This document shows positions 54,356-64,000 of a DNA stretch of 64,000 bases, piece by piece. Source of the DNA: an uncultured delta proteobacterium (GTDB lineage: Bacteria > Desulfobacterota > RBG-13-43-22); NCBI GenBank assembly GCA_963743305.1, contig CAVUPH010000014.1, positions 256,001-320,000 of the forward strand, read 5' to 3'. The translations under genes were made by a program, and so were the position numbers. Numbering within the stretch: position 1 is the first letter of the stretch; each line of letters opens with the position of its first letter. Below the pieces are notes generated by a model that did not search any database, was not told where the DNA came from, and saw only the letters and a program-made list of their open reading frames with translations.

Positions 54356-54581
54356 TCGCAATCGGACTCGCTTAGTTAATTCACGGACCGGTCACCGGGG
54401 TGAGATGGAGTTATCTTTTGAATAGTAATCGCTGACGACAAGCCGATGATCTTTCAAACTGGACCGTCACGCGCGGATTGAGGCGACGGAGCAATCCGAA
54501 GGAAGCAGATCGTTGCTGATGGCGCCCTCGAACTTCCGGATACCCGCAATCCGCGGCCCGGATTTGCTCCGACGTTCCAGA

Positions 54582-54741
54582 TATAAACGGTCTCAAAATA
54601 GTACCAACATCGTAGCGCGTCATCCCCGCAGCGTTTTTGAGCGGGGATCCAGGTCTTTCTCAGGGAACACTGGATCCCCGATAAAGACATTCGGGGATGA
54701 CGTAGAAATTAAATGTAAAAATAATCATGAGATAGTTAATA
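54582..54741. mobile_element. MITE-like insertion carrying a REP-like palindrome
   Basis: Absent from the homologous position in unit 2 (~59333). Imperfect terminal inverted repeats TATAAACGGTCTCAAAAT and ATCATGAGATAGTTAATA, TA at both ends. Inner CGTCATCCCC...GGGGATCCA...TGGATCCCC...GGGGATGACG (54618-54702). Confidence 0.65.
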
Positions 54742-54766
54742 CAAAGCTTCCAGAAAATTCCGAAGG

Positions 54767-57700
54767 TCAATTGGTTATGTTAATCGTCATCCCGTTGCTG
54801 ATGGCCCCCTTCGAGTTCCGGATTTTCACGGTCACAGATCCGGGAGTGCCGCCGCTGTTCCAACTTGGAAGGTGACCGAAGTCGGGGACCAACTGGTCGC
54901 CGTCAGGGTCGCGCCACCGATCAGAACCGCGCCGGGGGTGGTGTTGGGGCCGAATCCCCCTCCGTAGACGGTGAATAGTGTAATTGGTGTTCTTGGCCAC
55001 GGTCGACGGGCTCACCCTGGTGATCGTGGGCTGCTCCAGGGTGACCGTCGGCGTGCAGTCGGCCGTGTATCCGTAGCGGTTGTCGATATAGAGCAGATAC
55101 AGCGGGGCCACGGCCGTGTAATACCCGAGACGGTGGTCGTTAGAACGCGCGTCAAAGGGGTGGAGGCGATACCCCTTCAAACTTCAATCCGGGAATGATT
55201 TTTCGGGTCGAATCATAGAAATAGAACAATCTTACCGGTGCAGGTGCTCGGCGATCCGGGCCGTGCTCCCGATGCCCGAGGAAAAGGAAGCCGGGGGACT
55301 GGAGGTGGTAGCCTGGATGGTCAGCAGACCGGAACTGAGGGCCGGTGGGACGGTGCTCTGAAACACGGTGTTTACCGGCTGGTCCATCACCACCGGCGCC
55401 GTCCGGGAGGTCCAGTTCCAGGACTTCACCGGTTCAAAGGATTTGCTCCAGTAGGCCTGGGCAAATTCCTTGTAAAAATCATCAAATTTTTTGCCGGTAA
55501 CGAACTCGATGGCCTTTAGCGGGTCTACCACGTTATCCATGTCGACGGTCATGGCCCAAAAGGTTTGAAATACCGCCTTGCTTCCATAATTTTGTTTCAG
55601 GTACTCGGCCAAAGCCATGGCCCCGTTCATTTCTTCGGGTTCCATACTATTCCAGTCGGCGTACCCGGTCCGCAGCCATTCTTCGCCCCAGGAAGGATGG
55701 ATATCCTTGGTATAATAACCGAGATGGGATGGATAGACCTCATACTGGGCCCAGATGGCCGTGGCCTCCTCATACCAGACCGGGTTCATGTACCGTCCGG
55801 AGGGCGAGGCGTTGGTTTTCTGTAGCACATGCATAAATTCGTGGACGGCCGTATCCTGGAGATATTCCAGGGTCAGGACATTGTTGATCAGGATATAGAA
55901 ATTGTTCAGGTCTGCCGAAAGCCGGGGTGACTCCGGTCTCGAAGAGCTCGCCGCCCAGGGGGCCACCTTGACCACGACCGGTTCAGCGGGCATGATGGCC
56001 CCCAGGCCCTGGAAGTGGCTGTACCCCGTCTCCAGGGCGTCGAGCAGATTCACGGCATAGGCGAGCGGGCAGTCGGCGGTGTTAAACAGGACGACGAAAC
56101 GGGGGGTGACGAGCTTGTCGTTGGGCAGGCCCACGGCGTGCCAGACGCCGGTGGTCCCCAGCCAGTTCAACCCGCGGCCGGATCCAACTGGGAGAGGCGG
56201 GGGCGTTCAGGTTGGCGGCCCGCTGGAGGGTCGTCTCGTTCTGCAGGGCGCCGCTCAGGGGATAGGTGCCGGCCGGGAGTTTCAGGGTGATGTACCCGGC
56301 CATGGTCGAGTCCGGACTGTATTCGATGGGAAAGGCATCCTGGATGTTCGAATCGTAAAAGGCCATGATCGGGTTCGCCGCGCTGCTTCCCTGGGGCATA
56401 TGGATCAGGAGGTCCTGATTGAGCTGGGTCACTTCGGGCGTGAACCTGAAATAGTAGACCAGACTCTTGTCGCTCACCGAGTCGCGAACGGGATAAATAT
56501 TGTCCTGGGAATAAAACGACACCTGATACCCTCCCGGGTTGTAGGGCAACGCCCCCGCCGGGATCTCCAGGGCGGCGACGCCGGCCCACAAGACTCCGCC
56601 CTTGGCCGGATCGATCGTTTTAACGGCGGAAGTCGGGGCCCCGTAGGCGTTCACCGTAACGGTGGCGTGTTTGACGGTCGGATTCGTCCCTTCCCCGGTG
56701 ACGGTGAAGTGGTAGACACCGGGGGTCGTGAATTGATAAAACACCCTGATCTCCCCATCGTAATTATTGCGGACGGCCGTGGCAAAGAGCCCTTCATCCG
56801 AACTCAAGGAATAGCCCTGGTAATGGGACAAGGCCACCCACTGACCGGGCGCCACCGTCAGGCCGGCCCCGTTGCTGTCCAGCGGAAATCCCAGATAGGG
56901 GACGGCGGGCGCCTTTACCTGCTGGGAAGCGCAGGAGACGCCGTTGATTTTGAATTCGAGGGTGCCGTACTGTTCGGACAGGGGTTGGTAGACCGACGGC
57001 TCGGGCTGGGGGATCGATATCGTGTAATGAAGGACGCTTTCACTGCCGGTGAAACTATTTTCTTCCAGGGGATTCATTAAAAAACGAGCGCCGTTGTAAT
57101 AAAGGGCGTTATGGGCCGGGATGTTCGAGAAACCCGACGCCTTGGCGGTGATATGCAGGTTCGATCCGGAAAGGGTGCCGGCAGGGGTAAGCTGAACCTC
57201 CGGGGCGATATCGTTAAAGGACTCGGCGGAACGGGTGGTCAGTTCTCCTTGGGAGACCACGAACAGTGTGCCCCCCGAAACGGCCAGCGGTCCGGGTTGC
57301 GTGACGGGTATCGACCCCACCACATCCGAAAGGGGGCCGGACACCACCGAGACCACATTGCCGGTGCCGTTCGACAGGTAGGTCCGGCCATTGGTCCCGG
57401 CCGCCAGGTAGTATAAACCTCGGAATCCGGGGTATTCGAAAAGAAGGCTATCCAGGGGATTGGTCCCCACGGCGGTCAGCAGATAGGCACCGGTATAGTC
57501 GGAGGCCCCACAGCTCTTATCGGGACGGGTGGCCAGCAGCCGACCTTCGCTGTTGACCGCCAATCCCTCCAGGACCCCAAGTCCTCCCATCCCCGTGCTG
57601 TGATCACCCAGGACCTGTCCGTTGGAGGCCTGCAGCACGCGGACCCAGAGTTGCGGACCGGACAGCCGAACCAGTAGTCGTGAATGCGCGACATGGACAG

Positions 57701-58680
57701 GTACAGAAGATCTCCGGAGGGTTCATAGGCCAAATTCCAAACTTCCTCTCCGGCTGGAACGGCATAGAGCACAGTTAGGGTACTCCCCGCCACCGTCGCG
57801 ACTTTTTTCGAAGCCGGGTTGGTCTGAGACGACATGATCAGAAAGACCTTGCCTCCGCCCGGATCCGCGGCCAGACGGCTGAACCCGTATTCCAGCCCCT
57901 GGGCCGGGGCCGAGTTGGTGAGGTCGGCAAACGTGGATAGCCCGCCGGAGGCGTTGGCCTGATAAACGATCGGAGCGGCGGCGACATAAGCGGTCCCGGA
58001 CGGTCCGTTCGCCAGGTCGGTGATCGTAGTACCCGCGCGAGAGTTGCAACGGTTCCGCGTAGAGGGTCTGTCCGGAGACGATTTTGTTTGTCGTATCGAC
58101 CACGATATTGCTGATGGGCAGATTGGAAGAAAGCATCCCGGCATTTTCAGTCGTTGCTGTCTGTTCCAAGGCATTGGAAACCGACCCGGAGGAGATGATC
58201 AGCCGGGATTCGTCCAAAAAGGCCGTGGAAACCTTGGAATAATCGATGGAAATGGTCACCGGAAAGTTGAATTGATAGAAATTGTAGGGGTCTTCGCCGG
58301 GGTTCAACTGACAGAGGATGTAAAAATTGAATTCGAGCCACGAAGCGTTTTGGTCCGGGGTTTCGATGTGCAGGGTGCAGTTGGGATAATTCACCGCTCC
58401 CTGGGGAAAGTCGAGGGCCATCCGGCCGCCCAGGGCCTGGATTTTCCCACCGCCCCAGTCGACCGAAAAGGTTTCATGGCTGGGCTGGACCGGGATGATT
58501 GGGGCCGGATCTTTCAGAATCACCGGGAGAAAGATATGGGTCTTCGGAACCGAAAGCCGGTCTACGGATCGAGAATCATCCGATTTTGCCGCCGCGGTTG
58601 ACGTCCCCGGGAATAATCCGGTCAACATAGACACAAGAAATAAAACTGAAATCCGGTAGCCTAACCCGCAGCATTCTCAT
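54767..58680 (-). CDS. Large secreted multidomain protein, copy A (~1,300 aa): ZU5-like, propeller-like, HEXXH peptidase, IPT/TIG-like; several frameshifts
   Basis: ORF pieces 57723-58634, 57476-58174, 56082-57638, 55232-56170 and 54767-55180 are collinear with copy B. Contains TAVHEFMHVLQ...WYEEATAIWA. Confidence 0.75.
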
Positions 58681-58741
58681 CTGGTCCTCTCCATTAATCT
58701 TAAGTGGAATCAATATATTCTGCTCATAGACAAGCGGACGG

Positions 58742-58770
58742 ATTATAAACAATCCAAAACAAAAATGCAA
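58742..58770 (-). promoter_or_regulatory. Sigma70 promoter of copy A
   Basis: Minus strand TTGCAT, 17-nt spacer, TATAAT. Conserved in copy B. Confidence 0.65.
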
Positions 58771-58805
58771 TCCCCCGAAAGTAGGGTTTTTAAAGTTTTA
58801 CTTGA

Positions 58806-59165
58806 TTGGCTTCCAAGGGCCACCGATTGCCGAACCAGATCTCCGGGGGGGAACAGGAGCGCGTGGCCATCGCCCGGGCCGTGGTCAACCGCCCGCCGAT
58901 CCTGCTGGCGGATGAACCCACCGGGAACCTGGACACCCGGACAGGCCGGGAGATCATGCACTTACTTCAAGAGCTGAACGGAGAGGGTATGACCATCATC
59001 ATGGTCACCCACAGCCCGGAATGGGCCCGCTATACCCATCGGGTCCTGCATATTTCCGACGGGCGACTGCAGGGGGAAGAAATCCATTCCGCCCCGCTTG
59101 AGTTGGCAGCGGCGGAATTCAGCCAACCTGATTTTTCGGCAGGAAGGCCGGCGGTGTCGAGTTGA
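58806..59165 (+). pseudogene. Orphan 3' half of the ABC ATPase
   Basis: Nearly the same as 53935-54293 ([24 protein letters not shown]...) but lacks Walker A. Confidence 0.85.
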
Positions 59166-59359
59166 TCAACTACGCCCCGCCACGGGATCGCTTTACTCCT
59201 CAACCTGCCGGACTGGCAGACTTTTTAAGAATCCGTCCCAGGTGATATGGTTATATGCCGGCGGTTGCTGATGGCGCCCTCAAAATTCCGGATGCCCGCA
59301 ATCCGCGGCCCGGATTGGCCCCGCCGTTCCAGATGAAAGGCTCCAGGGAATTCCAAAGG

Positions 59360-62300
59360 TCAATTGGTTATGGTAATCGTTATCCCGTTGCTTCTGGCCC
59401 CCTTCTTGTTCAAGATGTACACGGTCACCGAACCGGGAGTGGCGCCGCTATTCCAACTGAAGGTGACCGAAGTCGGAGACCAACTGGTCGCCGTCGGGGT
59501 CGCGCCACCGATCAGGACCGAACCGGGAGTGGTGTTGGGGCCGAACCCCCCACCCGAGACGGTGAATGATCTGGTAGTATTTTTGGGGACAGATGACGGA
59601 TATACCCCGTTGACCGTGGGCTGCTTCCAGGGTGACGGTCGGCGTGCAGTCGGCTGTGTTTCATCCGTAGCGGTTATCGATATAGAGCAGATACAGCGGG
59701 GCCCCGACCGTGTATTCCCCGAGACGGTGGTCGTGATAAAGCGCGTCAAAGTCCGGAGGAGGCGATACTCCTTCAAACTTCAATCCGGGAATGATTTTTC
59801 GGGTCGAATCATAGAAATAGAAATTCTTGCCGGTGCAGGTGCTCGCAATCCGGGCCGTGCTCCCGATGCCCGAGGCAAAGGAGGCCGGGGGACTGGTGGT
59901 GGTGGCCTGGATGGTCAGGAGACCGGAACTGAGGGCCGGGACGGTGCTCTGAAATACACGGTGTTTACCGGCTGGGTCATCACGAGGGGATCCGTCCGGG
60001 AGGACCAGTTCCAGGATTTCACCGGTTCAAAGGATTTGCTCCAGTAGGCCTGGGCAAATTCCTTGTAAAAATCTGCGAATGGTTTGCCGGTAACGGTCTC
60101 GATGGCCCCCGCCGGTCCCGTCCAATCGTCCGACATGGTCCAGAAGGTTTCCAGGACCGCCGTAGCTTTTTTGCTTTGGAGGTAAACGGCCAGGGCCATG
60201 GCCCCGTTCATTTCTTCGGGCTCCATGTTATTCCAGTTGGCGTACCCGTTCCGCAGCCATTCCTCACCCCAGGATGGATGGATGTCCTTGGTATAATAGC
60301 CGGTATGGGACGGGTAGACCTCATATTGGGCCCAGATGGCGGTGGCCTCTTCCCACCAGAGCGGGTTCAAGTTCCGTCCGACGTACCAGGAGTTGGTTTT
60401 CTGCAGCACGTGCATGAATTCGTGGACGGCCGTGTCCTGTAGATATTCCAAAGTCAGGGCGTTGTTGATGAAGATATAAAAATTAGCCAGGCTGTTGACG
60501 GCGGGGGTGAGGCCGGGGGTCGTGGTGCCGGCGACCCAGGGGGCCACTTTGACATACACCGCCGTGGCGGGCATGACCGACCCCATGGCCTGGAAGTGGC
60601 TGTACCCCGTTTCCAGGGCGTCGAGCAGGTTCGCCGGCATAGGAGGGCGAGCAGTCGGCGGAGTTGAACAGGATGACGAAGCGGGCGGTGACGAGCTTGT
60701 CGTTGGGCAGGCCCACGGCGTGCCAGACGCCGGTGGTCCCCAGCCAGTTCAACCCGCGCCGGAGCCAACTGGGAGAGGCGGGGGCCTTCAGGTTGACGGC
60801 CCGCTGGAGGGTCGTCTCGTTCTGAAGGGAGCCGCTCAGGGGATAGGTTCCCGCCGGGAGCTTCAGCGTGATGTACCCGGCCATGGTCGAGTCCGGACCG
60901 TATTCGATGGGAAAGGCGTCCTGGATGTTCGAATCGTAAAAGGCCATGACCGGGTTCGCGCCGCCGCTGCCCTGGGGCATATGGACCAGGATGTCCTGAT
61001 TGAGCAGGGTCACTTCGGGAGTGAACTTGAAATAATACACCAGGCTCTTGTCGCTCACCGAGTCGCGAACCGGATAGGTATTCGCCTGGGAATAAAATGA
61101 CACCTGATACCCTCCCGGGTTGGAGGTAGCGCCCCCGCGGGGATCTCCAGGGCGGCCACACCCGCCCACAAGACCCCGCCCTTGGCCGGGTCGATCGTTT
61201 TAACGGCGGAAGCCGGGGCCCCGTAGGCGTTCACCGTAACGGTGGCGTGTTTGACGGTCGGATTCGTCCCTTCCCCGGTAACGGTGAAGTGGTAGACACC
61301 GGGGGTCGTGAATTGATAAAACACCCCCATATAGCTACCATGATGGCCGCGGCGAAGAGCCCTTCGTCCGAACTCAAGGAATAGCCCTGGTAATGGGACA
61401 AAGCCACCCACTGACCGGGTGCCACCGTCAGGGCGGCCCCGGTGCTGTCCAGCGGAAATACCAGATAGGGGACGGCGGGCGCCTTTACCCGCTGGGAAGC
61501 GCAGGAGATGCCGTTGATTTTAAATTCGAGGGTGCCGTACTGTTCGGTCAGGGGTTGGTACGACCGAAGGATCGGGCTGGGGGATCGATATCGTGTAATG
61601 CAGGACGCTTTCACTGCCGGTGAAACCAGATTCTTCCAGGGGATCCATTAAAAAACGAGTCCCGTTGTAATAAAGGACGTTATGGGCCGGAATGTTCGAG
61701 AAACCCGGCGCCTTGGCGGTGATGTGCAGGTTCGATCCGGAAAGGGTGCTGGAAGGGGTAAGCTGAACCTCCGGGGCGATCTCGTTAAAGGACTCGGCGG
61801 AACGGGTGGTCAGTTCTCCTTGGGAGACCACGAACAGTGTGCCCCCCGAAACGGCCAGCGGTCCGGGTTGCGTGACGGGTATCGACCCCACCACATCCGA
61901 AAGGGCGCCGGCCACCACCGAGACCACATTGCCGGTGCCGTTCGAAAGGTAGGTCCGGCCATTGGTCCCGGCCGCCAGGTATCCCAGACCGCGAAACCCG
62001 GGGTATGACGATGAGAAGCCATCCAGGGGATTGGTCCCCGCCGCGGTCAGCAGCGAGGCGCCGGTATAGTCTGAGGAGCCACAGCTTTTGGAGGGCAGGG
62101 CCGCCAGCAGTCGCCCTTCGCTGTTGACCGCCAACCCCTCCAGGACCCCAAGTCCTCCCATCCCCGTGCTGTGGTCACCCAGGACCTGTCCGTTGGAGGC
62201 CTGCAGCACGCGGACCCAGAGGTTGCGGACCGGACAGCCGAACCAGGAGTCTTGAACGCGCGACATGGACAGGTACAGGAAATCTCCAGAGGGTTCATAG

Positions 62301-63244
62301 GCCAAATTCCATACTTCCTCTCCGGCTGGAACGGCGTAGAGCACATTCAAGCCGCTCCCCTCGGCCGTCACCACTTTCTTCGAAGCCTGGGTCTGGGAAG
62401 ACAGGATCAGAAAGACCTTCCCTCCGCCGGGGTCCGCGGCCAGACGGCTGAACCCTTTCAAAAGCCCCTGGGCCGGGGCCGAGTCGGTAAGGTCGGCAAC
62501 AGTTGAGAGGCCGCCGGACGCGTTGGCCTGATAAACGATCGGGGCGGCGGCGACATACGCAGTCCCGGCCGGTCCGGACGCCAGGTCGGTGATCGTGTAC
62601 CCGCGGGAGAGATGCAACTGTCCCGTGTAAAGGGTCTGTCCGGAAACAATTTTATTGACCGTATCCAGTGATATATTATCGATGGGGATATTGCTCGAAA
62701 GGGTTTCCATCCCCGCTACGGCTTCCGGCTGCGTCAACGCCCCGACCGCCGGTCCGTCGGAAATAATGAGCCGTTTCTCGTCAAAAAATACGGTGGAGAT
62801 TTTGGAATAATCGATGGCAATGGTTACCGGAAAATTGAATCTATAGATCTTGATGGGATCCTCGATGCCGTTCAGACAAATAATGTAAAAATCGACCTGA
62901 AGCCAGGGGTCGTTCTGATCGGGGGTTTCGATATGGAGCGTACATCCGTTCCGGTCAAAAGCCCCTTGCGGGAAATCGAGTTTCATCCGCCCGTCAAGGG
63001 CGGTAATGGTTCCGCCGGACCAGCCGATCGTATAGGTTTCATGGCTGGGCTGGACCGGGATCATCGGGGCCGGATCTTTCAGTACCACCGGGAGAAAGAT
63101 ATGGGTCCTCGGAACCGAAAGCCGGTTCACGGAGCGATAATCATCCGATTTTGCCGCTGCGGTTGTCGTCCCCGTGATTAACCCGCTCCACATTGCCACA
63201 AGAAATAAAACTGAAATCCGGCAGCCTAGCCTGTACCTTCTCAT
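59360..63244 (-). CDS. Large secreted multidomain protein, copy B (~1,295 aa); several frameshifts
   Basis: Signal peptide MRRYRLGCRISVLFLVAMWSGLITGTTTAAA. ZU5-like GGTITALDGRMKLDFPQGAF and GGVLWAGVAALEIPAGAL. TAVHEFMHVLQ...WWEEATA. IPT-like TVSGGGFG...WSPTSVTF. Confidence 0.78.
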
Positions 63245-63304
63245 CGGGTCCCTCCGTTAATCTTAAGTGGAATCAATAGATTTTGTTCATAGACAAGCGC
63301 CCGG

Positions 63305-63333
63305 ATCATAAACAATCCAAAACAAAATAGCAA
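63305..63333 (-). promoter_or_regulatory. Sigma70 promoter of copy B
   Basis: Minus strand TTGCTA, 17-nt spacer, TATGAT. Spacer identical to copy A. Confidence 0.6.
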
Positions 63334-63361
63334 TCCCTCGAAAGTGGGGGTTTTTAAAATA

Positions 63362-63506
63362 TGATGGTTTCGCAAAAAGTCCCCAGCGCTGTCATTGCGA
63401 GGAGTGAAGCGACGAAGCAATCCCCAAGAATCAGCTAGTTACCATGGTGGGGATTGCTTCGCTTCGCTCGCAATGACAGGTTTTTGGACTTTTTGCAAGG
63501 TTATCA
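63362..63506. repeat. Nested palindromic REP/MITE-like element
   Basis: Outer TGATGGTTTCGCAAAAAGTCC with GGACTTTTTGCAAGGTTATCA. Inner CTGTCATTGCGAG (63389-63401) with CTCGCAATGACAG (63467-63479). Innermost CGAAGCAATCCCC with GGGGATTGCTTCG. Confidence 0.8.
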
Positions 63507-63760
63507 GAATATTACTTGTTGATGGATTGTTTGGGGAAGGGATAAGGGATCATGGTCCGGTCCCAGGGTTTCTCCGGGTGAGTGCCCGGTCGGCGGGTCA
63601 GATGCCGGATCATCTGGATCAGTGCCCGCTGACCGCTTTGCAGAAATTTCCACCTATTTTTCTTAAAACGCATTGAAACTTTCTTAGGACATAACAGGAG
63701 CGGGGTCAATTCTTTATTATTAACACGAACAGCTTCATCGCTTTTTTCCGTTTTATCTTT

Positions 63761-64000
63761 TTAATCCTGAGGAAGCTTTGGAAGTTCCTGGAGCGCCTTG
63801 GCAAATCTTTCCGGATTAAACGTTTCCTGTTTTTTCACGACATCAAAAATCTCCGCCACGACAACGCACCCAATCAGCTTCTTGGAATCTTCTACTGAAT
63901 ACCCTTCCGCTATCAAACGATCAAATGTTTGACGCGTCTCGGGCGGATCATTTCTCTTAAGCTGCGTTTCGACGACTTCAAGAATTGCTGATTTCAAATA
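63761..64000 (-). CDS. Conserved hypothetical protein (5' end outside the window)
   Basis: AILEVVETQLKRNDPPETRQTFDRL...GYS...KKLIGCVV..EIFDV resembles a small conserved helical family. Confidence 0.65.
   Translation of the reverse strand, partial: YLKSAILEVVETQLKRNDPPETRQTFDRLIAEGYSVEDSKKLIGCVVVAEIFDVVKKQETFNPERFAKALQELPKLPQD

Larger units (their letters stand above)
53935..63359. repeat. Diverged tandem duplication (unit 1 ~53935-58795, unit 2 ~58807-63359)
   Basis: Each unit has the ABC ATPase 3' half, a short relic segment, the large HEXXH gene and its promoter. Long near-identical stretches, e.g. 56600-57400 versus 61170-61960. Confidence 0.9.

Noticed and set aside
54512-54870. Diversity-generating retroelement TR/VR pair
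   Set aside because: The differences are not adenine-specific, include an indel, and no reverse transcriptase is in the window.
4503-63244. Numerous frameshifts read as pseudogenes, phase variation or programmed frameshifting
   Set aside because: They hit unrelated genes, including conserved ones (M48, tamB, TPS/TPP, ABC permease). Those I inspected are single-base indels without slippery or SSR motifs. Long-read error is the simplest explanation; read polishing would settle it.
63512-63709. Small minus-strand ORF (MRFKKNRWKF...)
   Set aside because: No motif or homology recognisable, and the start is ambiguous.

Overview
GC-rich bacterial DNA, most consistent with a Desulfobacterota/deltaproteobacterial genome (DUF6178, DUF3467, DUF362, two-CW protein, TamAB). 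Many genes are broken by single-base indels, most likely long-read assembly errors. Left to right: (i) a RiPP-like locus with a PqqD/RRE-TPR protein, nucleotidyltransferase, HPr-kinase-like protein and S26 peptidase, plus a convergent 153-aa protein with a lasso-type leader and an 8-Cys core; no cyclase or radical SAM enzyme lies in the window; (ii) a GT-C-like membrane protein and a UbiA-family phosphoribosyltransferase flanking that locus; (iii) a ~15.7-kb giant DUF11/isopeptide-domain surface protein of about 5,200 aa; (iv) housekeeping genes; (v) tamAB followed by a 12-repeat NHL protein; (vi) an apparently leaderless mscS-DUF5752-treT-TPS/TPP osmoprotection operon; (vii) a DUF2946-like ORF ahead of a DUF2318/ABC operon; (viii) a ~4.6-4.9-kb tandem duplication of a ~1,300-aa secreted HEXXH protein. 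Four exported proteins share a short (Y/F)LP-hydrophobic-hydrophobic motif, a candidate sorting signal. Several REP/MITE-like palindromes are present, one visible as filled versus empty site. No rRNA, tRNA, CRISPR array, integrase or transposase was recognised. All family names come from motif recognition by eye, not from database searches.
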